Numbered from the stretch's first letter, positions 1 to 10,433 are shown. The stretch: DNA of 64,000 bases from an uncultured SAR86 cluster bacterium (GCA_902514105.1 CABXPU010000001.1:36105-100104); one strand, 5' to 3'. Notes: generated from the letters alone by a model not told the origin. Translations and numbers: made by a program.

Positions 1-154
1 ATAATCCGAGCTCTTTAGGTATCGGGTGAGACTTTAAGAATAGATAAATAAAGTATGCAGAAAGTACCCAGGTAACAGCGTAATATTGAATATTTAATGG
101 ACCCAGAGAGATTAAGCTTGGGTTGTTAAAAAAATTTGATAGTTCAATAATCAT
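1..154 (-). CDS. lgt: prolipoprotein diacylglyceryl transferase, N-terminal fragment (gene continues past the left edge of the window)
   Basis: Not in the ORF track because it is open at the window edge. The minus-strand ATG at 154-152 overlaps the TGA of the upstream gene (ATGA). The translation MIIELSNFFNNPSLISLGPLNIQYYAVTWVLSAYFIYLFLKSHPIPKELGL resembles the Lgt N-terminus (E. coli [24 protein letters not shown]). Confidence 0.55.
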   Translation of the reverse strand, partial: MIIELSNFFNNPSLISLGPLNIQYYAVTWVLSAYFIYLFLKSHPIPKELGL

Positions 155-942
155 ACAACTAACATATATAAAGCATTAATTATTAAAAATAAAGAAAAAA
201 GAATTTTAAGAGCTAGGTCACTCATTCTATGGGCAATAGCAACACCCATTCTTGCTGAAAAAATACTAGTAGCTGCTATACCAAGGACTGCTGGTAAATA
301 GATATACCCCAACGACATTGTTGGTAGATTTTCTACACTTAATCCAATATAAAAGTAGCCAAGAGATCCAAAAAGAGCAATCGGAACGCCGCATGCTGCT
401 GAAGTGCCTATAGATAATTTCATTTTGTAACCAAAGTATTGTAAATAGGGGACTGTGAAACTTCCTCCCCCTATACCCACTATCGATGATATTGCGCCAA
501 TACCAACGCCTGAAGAAGTTGATAATAAAATATTGCTTTTTCTATCTGTTTTTTTTAATTCATAACTTGATATTATCTGGACTGATAGGGCTAAAAAGAA
601 AATCCCAACTATAGATCTTAACGTATCTCCAGATAGCAAACTTGCAATTACCGCTCCCAAGATTGCTCCAATAACAATACCCGAAGCAAGTGGATAAAAA
701 GCACTCCACACAATTCCACGCTTTTGATTATGTGAGTATGCAGAAGCCAATCCTGTAAAAAATATACTAGCAAGAGATGTCCCTATAGCAAGGTGAGTAA
801 TTAAATCTTGATCAAAACCAAGATAAAGAAAGGTTGCAATTAATGCAGGTACTATAATTACACCTCCGCCTATTCCAAACATTCCAGCTAAATTACCTGC
901 AAATATTCCTACAAATAGATATATAAGAAATTCATAACCCAT
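151..942 (-). CDS. TauE/SafE (DUF81) family anion exporter-like membrane protein
   Basis: 263-aa polytopic membrane ORF with two internal repeats carrying glycine-rich motifs (FGIGGGVIIVPAL and VGIGGGSFTVPYL), typical of the TauE/SafE family. Confidence 0.75.
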   Translation of the reverse strand: MGYEFLIYLFVGIFAGNLAGMFGIGGGVIIVPALIATFLYLGFDQDLITHLAIGTSLASIFFTGLASAYSHNQKRGIVWSAFYPLASGIVIGAILGAVIASLLSGDTLRSIVGIFFLALSVQIISSYELKKTDRKSNILLSTSSGVGIGAISSIVGIGGGSFTVPYLQYFGYKMKLSIGTSAACGVPIALFGSLGYFYIGLSVENLPTMSLGYIYLPAVLGIAATSIFSARMGVAIAHRMSDLALKILFSLFLIINALYMLVV

Positions 943-1424
943 TATGAAAATCTCTCAACGTATGGCTGACAAAACTCTTTTAACACAGACCTATAAACTT
1001 CTTTTTTAAAATCTACAATAGAGTATAAGGGGTACCAATAAGAACTCCACATATAATCATCAAACTCAGGGTTCGGGTCATTTGTAAAATCGATCTTTAC
1101 ATCTTCTATTAACTCAAACATAAACCATTTTTGTTTTTGCCCCCTAAAATTATCTTGAAGAAAGTTTCTAAATTTTTTTGCCTCTGGTACATCGTATTTG
1201 TACCAAGTTTTAGAGACGTAGATTTTTTTTATCGATCTTTCTTTTATCCCCACTTCTTCGTATAACTCTCTTAGAGCTGCATCTTCTGATTTCTCTCCTG
1301 TGTCTATCCCGCCTTGAGGAAACTGCCAATTATTAGATTTTTTTCTTTTGCAAAGCAATAATTTACCTTTATTATTAATAATGATTAGACCAACATTTAA
1401 TCTGTATTCTGATTCTGTAATCAT
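942..1424 (-). CDS. rppH: RNA pyrophosphohydrolase (Nudix hydrolase)
   Basis: 160 aa. Nudix box GGIDTGEKSEDAALRELYEEVGI. N-terminus MITESEYRLNVGLII parallels E. coli RppH MIDDDGYRPNVGIVI. Confidence 0.85.
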   Translation of the reverse strand: MITESEYRLNVGLIIINNKGKLLLCKRKKSNNWQFPQGGIDTGEKSEDAALRELYEEVGIKERSIKKIYVSKTWYKYDVPEAKKFRNFLQDNFRGQKQKWFMFELIEDVKIDFTNDPNPEFDDYMWSSYWYPLYSIVDFKKEVYRSVLKEFCQPYVERFS

Positions 1425-1442
1425 AGTAAGGCTTTAGTATAT

Positions 1443-2111
1443 ATGAGTAATAAATTAATAATATTTGATTTAGATAATACCATTCTAAATGGAGACTCTG
1501 ACTATGAGTGGATTAAATTTCTTATAGATTCTGGCCATGTTGATAATGATTATTTCTCTAAAAAAAATGAATATTTTTTCAATCAATGGAATCAAGGATC
1601 TTTAGATTATAGAGAATGGTTAGAATTCGTTCTTTTAACCTTTAAAGACAAAAAGCCAGAACAAGTAGAAGAGCAATTAAAGAATTTTATGACCTCAGCT
1701 ATAGAGCCAATCATAAATATATACGCTTTAAGACTTTTACATGATCACTTCCACAATAATGATTTAATGCTTTTAGCTTCAGCAACAAATTCAGCAATTG
1801 TAAAACCTATTGCAGCAAGGCTTAATTTTTCGAATGTAATTTCAACTGAAGCGGAGATCATTGAAGGTAGGTATACAGGGAAGATAATAGGAGATCTCGC
1901 ATTGGGTGAGGGTAAGCTATCTAAGGTTAAGACTTGGATGAGCTCTAATGGCATCAACAGTTTTGAGAATACAACTTTTTATTCTGACTCTATATATGAT
2001 TTACCATTACTATCAATTGTAAAAAATCCAATAGCAGTTAATCCTGATGATAACTTAAGAGATGCTTGTGTTAAAAATAATTGGGAAATTATAGATCTAC
2101 CGGTTCATTAG
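1443..2111 (+). CDS. HAD-IB family hydrolase (SerB-like phosphatase)
   Basis: 222 aa. HAD motif I (IIFDLDNTIL) lies at the N-terminus, with a cap-domain-sized insertion and a C-terminal acidic motif (YSDSIYDLPLL). Confidence 0.7.
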   Translation: MSNKLIIFDLDNTILNGDSDYEWIKFLIDSGHVDNDYFSKKNEYFFNQWNQGSLDYREWLEFVLLTFKDKKPEQVEEQLKNFMTSAIEPIINIYALRLLHDHFHNNDLMLLASATNSAIVKPIAARLNFSNVISTEAEIIEGRYTGKIIGDLALGEGKLSKVKTWMSSNGINSFENTTFYSDSIYDLPLLSIVKNPIAVNPDDNLRDACVKNNWEIIDLPVH

Positions 2112-4927
2112 AATTCGTCCATAGAGGGACAGCTGCATACTAGATTTCTATCCCCATGAACATTATCAATTCTGCCAACAGGAGGCCAAAATTTATTATT
2201 TCTTATTGAATCAAGAGGGTAGACAGCTCGAGACCTTGAATAAGAATGATCCCAATCATCTTTCGCCACCTCTTCAGCAGTATGAGGAGCATGTTTGAGC
2301 ATATTGTCATTAATATCAAGCTTTCCTTTTTCAACATCTTCTATTTCTTTTTTAATACTTATCATTGCATCACAAAAACGGTCAATCTCTTTTTTTGATT
2401 CACTTTCAGTTGGCTCAATCATTAATGTTCCCGCAACAGGCCAAGACATAGTCGGAGCATGGAATCCATAGTCAATTAACCTTTTTGCAATATCTTCAAC
2501 CTCAATACTGGCAGAATCTTTATATGGCCTAACATCAATAATACATTCATGCGCAACAAGATTATTTTCACCTTTATATAAGATTGGATAATGATCTTTT
2601 AATCTGTTTGCAATATAGTTTGCATTCAAAATAGCAATCTCAGTTGCTTTTCTTAGCCCCTTAGCCCCCATCATTTTTATATACATCCAGCTTATAGGTA
2701 ATATGCTAGCGCTACCCCAATTTGAACCCGATACTGGTCCAACGCCGCTATTTAGATCTTCATGAAGACCAGGAATAAAATCTTGTAATTTATCTACTAC
2801 ACCTATTGGTCCAACCCCAGGACCACCCCCTCCATGAGGTATACAGAATGTTTTATGAAGATTTAAATGAGACACATCACCCCCAAATTTTCCAGGATAG
2901 CAAATACCAACCATTGCATTCAGATTAGCCCCATCTATATAAACTAGACCTCCAGCCTTATGAACAATTTTACAAACCTCACTAACAGTAGATTCAAATA
3001 CTCCATGAGTAGATGGGTATGTAATCATAATGGCTGAAAGCTTATCTTTATGTTGTTTTATTTTCTCATTCAGGTCATCAATAGAAATATTGCCATTTGA
3101 ATCACATTCAATTGGTACAACCTCCATTCCAGCCATTTGAGCAGAAGCCGGGTTGGTGCCATGAGCTGATCTTGGTATTAAACATATATTTCTTTGACCA
3201 TTATCATTTTGTTTATGGAATTCATTAATAGCTAACAAACCTGCATATTCTCCTTGAGAACCAGCATTTGGTTGCAGTGAAATAGCAGAATATCCAGTAA
3301 TAGAAGCCAACATAGACTCAAGTTCGTCAATTATTTGCATATACCCCCTTACTTGTTCAGATGGTGCAAGCGGATGAATGGATGAAAACTCAGGCCAGCT
3401 AACAGGCATCATTTCTGAAGCAGAATTAAGTTTCATTGTGCATGAACCCAGCGGTATCATAGACGTGTCTAACGCAATATCTTTATTTGAGAGTTTTCTT
3501 ATATAGCGAACCAATTCCGTTTCTGTTTGGTAGTTTTTAAATTTCACATGAGTAAGGAAAGGTGAAGCTCTTTGGCTATTTTTTGGAATTGAAGATGGCA
3601 AATCATCACAACTAATACCTTTTGCTTTTGGACTGAAAATATTTATTAGTTCTTTTAGATCCTTAAGAGAAACAGTTTCATCGATAGAAATTCCAATTGA
3701 AGAATTATCAATGATTCTTAAGTTTATATTTTTAGAGAGAGCTCTATCAATATAATCTTGAGTTTTTTCATTAGATTGAATAACTATAGTGTCGAAGAAG
3801 TTCGAAGATTTAATATTTATGTTATTTTTTTTAAGTTCTAACATTAATATCTTAGCGTAATCATTCACTCTAGTAGCAATTGCCTTTAAACCATCCGCCC
3901 CATGATAGACAGCATAGAATCCAGACATAATAGCTAATAAGGCTTGAGCAGTGCATATGTTGCTTGTGGCTTTCTCTCTTCTAATATGCTGCTCTCTTGT
4001 TTGAAGAGCTAGTCTATATGCAGTATTCCCATGACTATCTATTGATGCCCCAACCAACCTGCCTGGCAAGGATCTTTTAAATGATTCTTTTGTTGCCATG
4101 AAAGCAGCATGAGGCCCACCAAAACCCATTGGGACACCAAATCTTTGTGATGAACCGATTACAATATCAGCATCAAATTCCCCTGGAGGTTTTAATAAAG
4201 TTAAAGCAAGAAGGTCAGTTGCAAATATTACTATTGATTTCTTCTTATGGGCTGATTCAATTAGTTTTGAGAAGTCATCAATTACACCATCTGCACCAGG
4301 ATATTGAAGGATTAAAGCAAAATATTCTTCATTCAACATCTCTTTAGGATTACTAACTTTAATATCTATGTCCAAAGGTTTAGCTCTAGTTTTTATAACA
4401 TTTATGGTTTGAGGGAAGCATTGTTCATCAATGATGAAATTATTTGATTTTGACTTACTTAATCTTTTTGCAAGCATCATTGCTTCTGCAGCTGCTGTTG
4501 GTTCATCTAAAAGAGAAGCATTTGATATTTCCATTCCTGTTAGATCAGAGATCATTGTTTGATAATTTATGAGAGCTTCAAGCCTTCCTTGTGATATTTC
4601 AGGTTGATAGGGTGTATAGGATGTGTACCATCCAGGATTTTCAAATATATTCCTTAGAATTGGAGCGGGTGTTATCGTGTTATAAAAACCTTGACCTATG
4701 TAACTCTTAAAAAGGTTATTTTTTTTACTGATACTATTTAGATATTTTAATGCTTCATCCTCAGAGGTTTCATCTCCAATATCCAATCCTGCATTATCAT
4801 AAATATTAGCTGGAACAATTGCTTGGATAAAATCATTCATAGAATTAAATCCAATTTTTTTAAGCATCTCCTCAGATTCTTTTTGAGATACCCCTAAATG
4901 TCTTCGAGAAAAGGATTCTAGTTTCAT
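2108..4927 (-). CDS. gcvP: glycine dehydrogenase (decarboxylating), single-chain P protein of the glycine cleavage system
   Basis: 939 aa, full-length fused alpha/beta P protein. PLP-lysine region is SHLNLHKTFCIPHGGGGPGVGP. It follows gcvT-gcvH. Confidence 0.95.
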   Translation of the reverse strand: MKLESFSRRHLGVSQKESEEMLKKIGFNSMNDFIQAIVPANIYDNAGLDIGDETSEDEALKYLNSISKKNNLFKSYIGQGFYNTITPAPILRNIFENPGWYTSYTPYQPEISQGRLEALINYQTMISDLTGMEISNASLLDEPTAAAEAMMLAKRLSKSKSNNFIIDEQCFPQTINVIKTRAKPLDIDIKVSNPKEMLNEEYFALILQYPGADGVIDDFSKLIESAHKKKSIVIFATDLLALTLLKPPGEFDADIVIGSSQRFGVPMGFGGPHAAFMATKESFKRSLPGRLVGASIDSHGNTAYRLALQTREQHIRREKATSNICTAQALLAIMSGFYAVYHGADGLKAIATRVNDYAKILMLELKKNNINIKSSNFFDTIVIQSNEKTQDYIDRALSKNINLRIIDNSSIGISIDETVSLKDLKELINIFSPKAKGISCDDLPSSIPKNSQRASPFLTHVKFKNYQTETELVRYIRKLSNKDIALDTSMIPLGSCTMKLNSASEMMPVSWPEFSSIHPLAPSEQVRGYMQIIDELESMLASITGYSAISLQPNAGSQGEYAGLLAINEFHKQNDNGQRNICLIPRSAHGTNPASAQMAGMEVVPIECDSNGNISIDDLNEKIKQHKDKLSAIMITYPSTHGVFESTVSEVCKIVHKAGGLVYIDGANLNAMVGICYPGKFGGDVSHLNLHKTFCIPHGGGGPGVGPIGVVDKLQDFIPGLHEDLNSGVGPVSGSNWGSASILPISWMYIKMMGAKGLRKATEIAILNANYIANRLKDHYPILYKGENNLVAHECIIDVRPYKDSASIEVEDIAKRLIDYGFHAPTMSWPVAGTLMIEPTESESKKEIDRFCDAMISIKKEIEDVEKGKLDINDNMLKHAPHTAEEVAKDDWDHSYSRSRAVYPLDSIRNNKFWPPVGRIDNVHGDRNLVCSCPSMDEF

Positions 4928-4946
4928 CTTTTATAAAGGAAGATTT

Positions 4947-5333
4947 CTACTCTTCGCACATTTCACCGTATTCATCAGGCGAGAGTAAGTCATTTAATTC
5001 ATCAATATTTTCTGGCTGTATCTTCAAAAACCATCCGTCTGTATATGGAGACTCATTAACGGTTTCTGGGGCATCAATCAAGAGCTCATTTATTTCTATA
5101 ATTTCTCCTGAAATAGGTGAATAAACATCTGAAGCAGCCTTAACAGATTCAACAATAGCAATTTCATCTTCTGCAGATATTTGCCTGCCTGTTTCAGGTA
5201 ACTCTACAAAAACAATATCTCCCAATTGGTCCTGCGCATGATCCGATATTCCAACTGTTACAGACCCATCTTCTTCAACTCTAACCCATTCATGCGATGG
5301 TCTAAATTTTAAGTCCCCAGGAATTTTGCTCAT
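4947..5333 (-). CDS. gcvH: glycine cleavage system H protein (lipoyl carrier)
   Basis: 128 aa. Lipoyl-lysine motif VESVKAASDVYSPISGEI. Located between gcvT and gcvP. Confidence 0.95.
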   Translation of the reverse strand: MSKIPGDLKFRPSHEWVRVEEDGSVTVGISDHAQDQLGDIVFVELPETGRQISAEDEIAIVESVKAASDVYSPISGEIIEINELLIDAPETVNESPYTDGWFLKIQPENIDELNDLLSPDEYGEMCEE

Positions 5334-6391
5334 ATTAGGATTTTACCTTTTCTAATAAAAGGTGGCGAGACTATTTCTACATTAAACTCTTTATTTCTGA
5401 TTTCTACTTTACCTTTACCGTTGTGACCCTTATCTAATCTAGCAAAAGCAATACTAAACCCAAAAGAGGGCGAGAAGGTGCCACTAAGCACTACGCCACT
5501 CCCACCTTCATGATTAATAATTTGATTTGATCTAAGAATACCTTTCTCTTTTAAGATTATTCCTACCAACTCCCTGGAAGTTTCTTTATTTATTCTTACC
5601 AAAGAAGACTTGCCAATAAAATTTCTTTGATCATCACTTAGATCAATTGTCCAAGCTAAGTTTGATTCAAACGGATGGTTATTCGTATCCATATCAGTAC
5701 CATACAAGTTAAGACCAGCCTCTAGCCTTAGTGTGTCTCTAGCACCCAAACCAATCGGCGATGCTTCTGCTTCAATAAGTTTCTTCCATATAGATTGGAC
5801 TTCTGAATTCTTTACTACAATCTCAAACCCTTCTTCGCCGGTGTACCCAGTCTTTGCAACCATTATCGAATTGAGAATTTTTAGATCAAAATCTATAAGA
5901 TCATCTAGATTTTCCATACCAATTTTTTTTAAAATTTTTAAAGAATTTGGTCCTTGAATAGCAATAATAGACAGATCTTTTCTAAATGTAACTTCAACAT
6001 CATAATCCTCAGAATGTTTTTTAAACCAGTTATGGTTTTGAGAAGATGTAGCACAATTTGAAATAATTCTGTAATGGCTGCCCAAGTTATATACTATCAA
6101 ATCATCCATTATTCCGCCTAATTCGTCTAAAAGAGGGCTATATAAAGCCCTATTTGGATTGCTAATTTTAGCTACGTCATTTGGTAATAAATTTCTTAAA
6201 AAATCTACTTGTTCAGACCCATTTAAATCAAAAATTGACATATGAGAGACATCAAATATTCCAACATTAGATCTTACATTTTTATGCTCGTTGATTTGCG
6301 ATCCATAATTAATTGGCATATTCCAACCACCAAAATCTACCATCTTGGCACCTAATTTTATATGCTCTTGAAATAGATCTGTTTTATTCAT
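5330..6391 (-). CDS. gcvT: aminomethyltransferase (glycine cleavage T protein)
   Basis: 353 aa with GcvT-family sequence (FGGWNMPINYGS, GYTGEEGFEI, GLGARDTLRLEAGL). Overlaps gcvH by 4 nt. Confidence 0.9.
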   Translation of the reverse strand: MNKTDLFQEHIKLGAKMVDFGGWNMPINYGSQINEHKNVRSNVGIFDVSHMSIFDLNGSEQVDFLRNLLPNDVAKISNPNRALYSPLLDELGGIMDDLIVYNLGSHYRIISNCATSSQNHNWFKKHSEDYDVEVTFRKDLSIIAIQGPNSLKILKKIGMENLDDLIDFDLKILNSIMVAKTGYTGEEGFEIVVKNSEVQSIWKKLIEAEASPIGLGARDTLRLEAGLNLYGTDMDTNNHPFESNLAWTIDLSDDQRNFIGKSSLVRINKETSRELVGIILKEKGILRSNQIINHEGGSGVVLSGTFSPSFGFSIAFARLDKGHNGKGKVEIRNKEFNVEIVSPPFIRKGKILI

Positions 6392-7928
6392 TCTTATCTA
6401 ATCTCTTATTTAAGAAATATACCAAAATAACGCTCAGAAAGACTAATAATATACTTGGATTAGCTGCCAACTCCCATTGACCTTCGCTGGTATAGTTATA
6501 AATCCTAGAGGAAAGTGTCTCAAAGCCAACCGGCCTTAAAATTAAAGTTGCTGGTTGCTCTTTCACAACCTCTATAAAAACAACTAAAAAAGCTACTATT
6601 AAGGCTGGTTTTATAGATGGAAAATATAATGCTAAAAAAGCTTTTATAGAATTAGTTGGAAATGTTCTTAGAGCCAAAATACTTTTATCTGGGATATTGT
6701 CTATAGACGAGATCAAATACTGGAAGGGCGGAGTAATAAACCTTATTGTAAGACCCAACAGAAGACCAAATATACCCATAGTAGTTATTGATACATCAAA
6801 CATTTCATGAATTACTATTAAAAGCCCTGCAGCAATAACTGAGCCTGGGAGCGCGTAACCTATTGCAGAAGCCGAAATAAATACCTTCAGTTTATTAGAT
6901 CCTTTATAAGCAAGAGCTAATATTAAGGCTATGAAAATTACACATGCTGCCGTGATAATCCCCAGCAATCCAGAATTAAGGAATAAGTTTATATTAGACT
7001 CTGATAGAAACACTTCCTTAAAGTCGCTCCACATTATTAGCTGAAGCAGAGGTAAACAGAAAGAGACAACAAATAATAAAAGGCATGACGAAGAAAATAT
7101 TATTCTATATGGTTTTTGTATATAGATCTTCTCAAAAGAATCATTAGAAATAGAACTGACTCTTTTAGAATTAGTTAACATTCTACTAATTATTATTAAA
7201 ACCAATACAAATAAAAACAAGAATCCCGCCAGTCTTGCTCCGCTAAAATAATCTTGATAGCCAAACCAAGCGTCATATATAGCAACTGTAAAAGTATCAA
7301 CTCTAAGAGTGGATACGCCCCCAAGATCTGCAAGGGTTTCAAGTATTGCAAGCATTAATCCTGCAATTATTGCTGGCTTAAGTGAGGGAAATAGCACGGT
7401 TCTTATTGCAGTAAAGTCTGACTTTCCAAGAGTTTTTGCAGCTTTAAAAAGAGGAATGCCTAAATGTTTAATTTGTGCCTTCATAAGTAAAAACATATAA
7501 GGATACAAAGCTAAAGACATTACCAATGAAGCTCCAAGGATGTTTCTTACCGAAGGCATTATTATTCCAAATTCTCTTAGCCATGAGGCTAAAGGCCCTG
7601 AATACTCTAAACCTCCAACAAAAATAAAAGCATATATGTAAGCTGGAAAAACGAGAGGCAAACTAAGAGCCCAGCTATAAAATTTATGACCCGGAAATAT
7701 ATATAAACTTGTTATAGTTGCAAAAGGCGCAGCAATCATAAAAGTAAAAATGCCGACTAAAAGCGCTAAGAAGATCGTATTAAGAAATAATTTGGATATT
7801 AATTCAGATGTTAAGAAAGTCTCAGGAACATCGTTTAGAAAAGATAATCCTAGGAAGCCTAAAAAAAATAATAAAGTAGCTGCAAGCCAGGGTAATGAAA
7901 GATAAGTCCATATTTTTAGGTGCTGCAT
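6384..7928 (-). CDS. two-domain ABC transporter permease, Fe(3+)/thiamine (FbpB/ThiP-like) type
   Basis: 514 aa with about 12 TM segments and duplicated MetI-like permease domains, each with an EAA-like loop (KAAKTLGKSDFTAIRTVLFPSLKPAI, and ALRTF..IKAFLALYFPSIKPAL). Substrate assignment is by family resemblance only. Confidence 0.6.
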   Translation of the reverse strand: MQHLKIWTYLSLPWLAATLLFFLGFLGLSFLNDVPETFLTSELISKLFLNTIFLALLVGIFTFMIAAPFATITSLYIFPGHKFYSWALSLPLVFPAYIYAFIFVGGLEYSGPLASWLREFGIIMPSVRNILGASLVMSLALYPYMFLLMKAQIKHLGIPLFKAAKTLGKSDFTAIRTVLFPSLKPAIIAGLMLAILETLADLGGVSTLRVDTFTVAIYDAWFGYQDYFSGARLAGFLFLFVLVLIIISRMLTNSKRVSSISNDSFEKIYIQKPYRIIFSSSCLLLFVVSFCLPLLQLIMWSDFKEVFLSESNINLFLNSGLLGIITAACVIFIALILALAYKGSNKLKVFISASAIGYALPGSVIAAGLLIVIHEMFDVSITTMGIFGLLLGLTIRFITPPFQYLISSIDNIPDKSILALRTFPTNSIKAFLALYFPSIKPALIVAFLVVFIEVVKEQPATLILRPVGFETLSSRIYNYTSEGQWELAANPSILLVFLSVILVYFLNKRLDKNE

Positions 7929-7933
7929 TAATA

Positions 7934-8842
7934 TTATTCTTCTTCTTTTAAGTTTTCAGCACCTTTTTCAAGCCTACTTCCCAAAACATTTACCCTTGTT
8001 TGAAGTTTTTGTACATCTTTTAAGGCGCCATCTAATCTTTTTATTACAGATTCAGTACTTGAATCAAAATTTGAGAACTCTAGTTGGATTTCTCTAATAA
8101 TTTTAGAGATTTTTGCAGCATTTTCATTCAATTTAACGTGGTTATGTCCAACTATTATTGTGTCCAAGAAAGCAGCAAGAGTATTTGGCCCCATTATTAA
8201 GACTTTCTTTTCTGTTAGACATTCTTGTCTCAGATCATCTATTTTAACTACCAAATCAATAAGCTTCTCAGATGCTATATACAACACGACATAGTTTGTC
8301 GTTTTATCTTTTACAATATATTTTTTTGAAATGTCCTCAGCATCTCTTAAGATAGCTGTTCTTAAATCCCTTAAAACTCTTTGTCTATCAGTATCATTGC
8401 CAGCTGATTGGTAGCTCTGATATTGACCTGCATAGAATTTTGAATCTATCGGCACTATAAAATCTTCTGCAGTAACAATAGAACAATCTACTCTATCAGC
8501 TGACTTAGGATTTACCTGATCCTGAAAACTATAACTTTTATCAGGCATCATATCTTGGACAATGGACTCTAAACTCCATTCTCCAAGCCTGCCAGTTGTT
8601 ACATTGCCACCAAGAAATCTATTTAATTCATTAATTGGTGTTTTAAATTCAGCTAAATCAATTTCAACCTTATTAATATCAACAGAAACTTCATTAAGTT
8701 TATTTTGTAGATTTTCGTTTCCTCCTCTATCAAAAGTCTCTTTATTTTTAATGCTGAATAATAGATAGATTAAGATTGCCAAAATAGAAATTAAAGATAT
8801 TAATATTAGGTAATTAATCATGATGTTAGTATAAAATGTCAC
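7934..8842 (-). CDS. rmuC: DNA recombination protein RmuC family (short form)
   Basis: 302 aa. An N-terminal TM/anchor is followed by an RmuC nuclease-like core (GRLGEWSLESIVQDMMP, VDCSIVTAEDFIVPIDSKF, YVVLYIASEKL). It is shorter than E. coli RmuC, which is about 475 aa. Confidence 0.7.
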   Translation of the reverse strand: MTFYTNIMINYLILISLISILAILIYLLFSIKNKETFDRGGNENLQNKLNEVSVDINKVEIDLAEFKTPINELNRFLGGNVTTGRLGEWSLESIVQDMMPDKSYSFQDQVNPKSADRVDCSIVTAEDFIVPIDSKFYAGQYQSYQSAGNDTDRQRVLRDLRTAILRDAEDISKKYIVKDKTTNYVVLYIASEKLIDLVVKIDDLRQECLTEKKVLIMGPNTLAAFLDTIIVGHNHVKLNENAAKISKIIREIQLEFSNFDSSTESVIKRLDGALKDVQKLQTRVNVLGSRLEKGAENLKEEE

Positions 8843-8849
8843 TTATATT

Positions 8850-10064
8850 ATGCACCAAGAAATTATAACAAGGTTTAATTCGCTTAAAGAAAAGCAATTA
8901 TCAATCGATATAACAAGAGGCAAGCCCAACAAAGATCAGTTGGACTTATCTAATGAATTATTAAGCGCACCAGTAGAAACTAAAGCAAGTGATGGATCTG
9001 ATATAAGAAATTATGGAGAGCCTTGGGGTATTTCTGAGGCAAGAGAGCTGGGCGCAGCTCTTTTAGATAGCCCAGTTAAAAGCACTATAGCTGCAGAGCA
9101 ATCAAGCCTATTATTAAGTTATCAATTATTACTTGCCAGTTATTTATATGGAATAAATGGTACAGCGTGGAAGGATATAGAAAATCCCAAATTTATTTGT
9201 CCAACGCCTGGATTTGATAGACATTTTAGGATGCTAGATGAGCTAGGAATTGAGATGTTATCAGTGCCTTTGATGGGGGATGGTGTAGATGTTGATTCTT
9301 TAGAGAAACTCTTAGCCCAAAACTCAGATATAGTCGGCTTTATATGCGTTCCAAGACATTCAAATCCTTCTGGAGATGTATACTCAGATGAAAATCTTCT
9401 TAATATATTTAAAATATGCTCAGAATACTCAAATGATCTGATATTTTTATTTGATCATGCGTATTTAATTCATGATTTTCCCTCAGCACCAATTCAAACC
9501 CCTATATGGTCTTTAGCTAAAGACTCCAATGTACTTAATCAAACAGCAATTCTTACCTCTTTTTCAAAAGTAACTTTTGGAGGAGGGGGTCTTTCTTTCT
9601 TTGCTGGAGGTGAGGGGACTTTATCTCTCTTAAAGAAGATAAGAACTTCAATGATAATCTGTCCAGATAAAGTTAATCAGTTGCGACATGTAAATTTTCT
9701 GAAGAATAAAGATAACATATCAAGACATATGGCTAAGCATGCTGAAATTATCCAGCCAAAATTTGAATTAACTCAATCAATTTTAAAAGAAATACCTGAA
9801 GAGTGTGGGACATACTCAACTCCCTCAGGCGGTTATTTTATAACTTACAGAACAGCAAAACCTATTGCCTCAAGAGTCATAGAATTATGCAAGGAGGCTG
9901 GGATTCTCATAACTCCTGCTGGAGCAACATACCCATACGGATTGGATCCTAAAGATAGTGTTATCAGGCTTGCACCAACTTTTGTTAGCGCTACAGAGTT
10001 AGAAGAAGCTATGAATATATTCTCATTATCTGTTCAGATTGCGCACTTTAATATAGATATTTAA
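8850..10064 (+). CDS. PLP-dependent aminotransferase (fold type I, aspartate-aminotransferase-like)
   Basis: 404 aa. N-terminal ITRGKPNKDQLDLS motif, HSNPSG, and a PLP-lysine context SFSKVTFGGGGLSF. Confidence 0.6.
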   Translation: MHQEIITRFNSLKEKQLSIDITRGKPNKDQLDLSNELLSAPVETKASDGSDIRNYGEPWGISEARELGAALLDSPVKSTIAAEQSSLLLSYQLLLASYLYGINGTAWKDIENPKFICPTPGFDRHFRMLDELGIEMLSVPLMGDGVDVDSLEKLLAQNSDIVGFICVPRHSNPSGDVYSDENLLNIFKICSEYSNDLIFLFDHAYLIHDFPSAPIQTPIWSLAKDSNVLNQTAILTSFSKVTFGGGGLSFFAGGEGTLSLLKKIRTSMIICPDKVNQLRHVNFLKNKDNISRHMAKHAEIIQPKFELTQSILKEIPEECGTYSTPSGGYFITYRTAKPIASRVIELCKEAGILITPAGATYPYGLDPKDSVIRLAPTFVSATELEEAMNIFSLSVQIAHFNIDI

Positions 10065-10393
10065 TTCTTAGCTCTTGAAGCTGGTACGTGGCTGCCGCCC
10101 TCAAAATGAGAGAATATGCTTGGGATGTCTGGATGATTGGCTGGCTTATTTAAGTTTTCTAAAACTAGGTTTTGTTCGGATACATAAGCTATATAAAAGA
10201 TATCCTTATTTTCTGCTAAAACATGATAGAAAGGTTGGTTTTTTGATGGCCGCATCGCTTCTGGTATTGCTTGATACCATTCTTCAGTATTATTAAATTC
10301 AGGGTCTAAATCAAAAATAACGCCCCTAAAATCAAGGAATTTGTGTTTTATTACATCTCCAATTGAGAATTTAGCTTCTATTAATTCTTTCAT
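10061..10393 (-). CDS. hspQ: heat-shock protein HspQ / hemimethylated-DNA-binding (YccV) domain protein
   Basis: 110 aa. YccV-domain pattern KFSIGDVIKHKFLDFRGVIFDLDPEF...QPFYHVLAEN. Confidence 0.75.
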   Translation of the reverse strand: MKELIEAKFSIGDVIKHKFLDFRGVIFDLDPEFNNTEEWYQAIPEAMRPSKNQPFYHVLAENKDIFYIAYVSEQNLVLENLNKPANHPDIPSIFSHFEGGSHVPASRAKN

Positions 10394-10433
10394 TACTTAT
10401 ATGATATATTGGTATCTTAAAAAGAGGAATATT

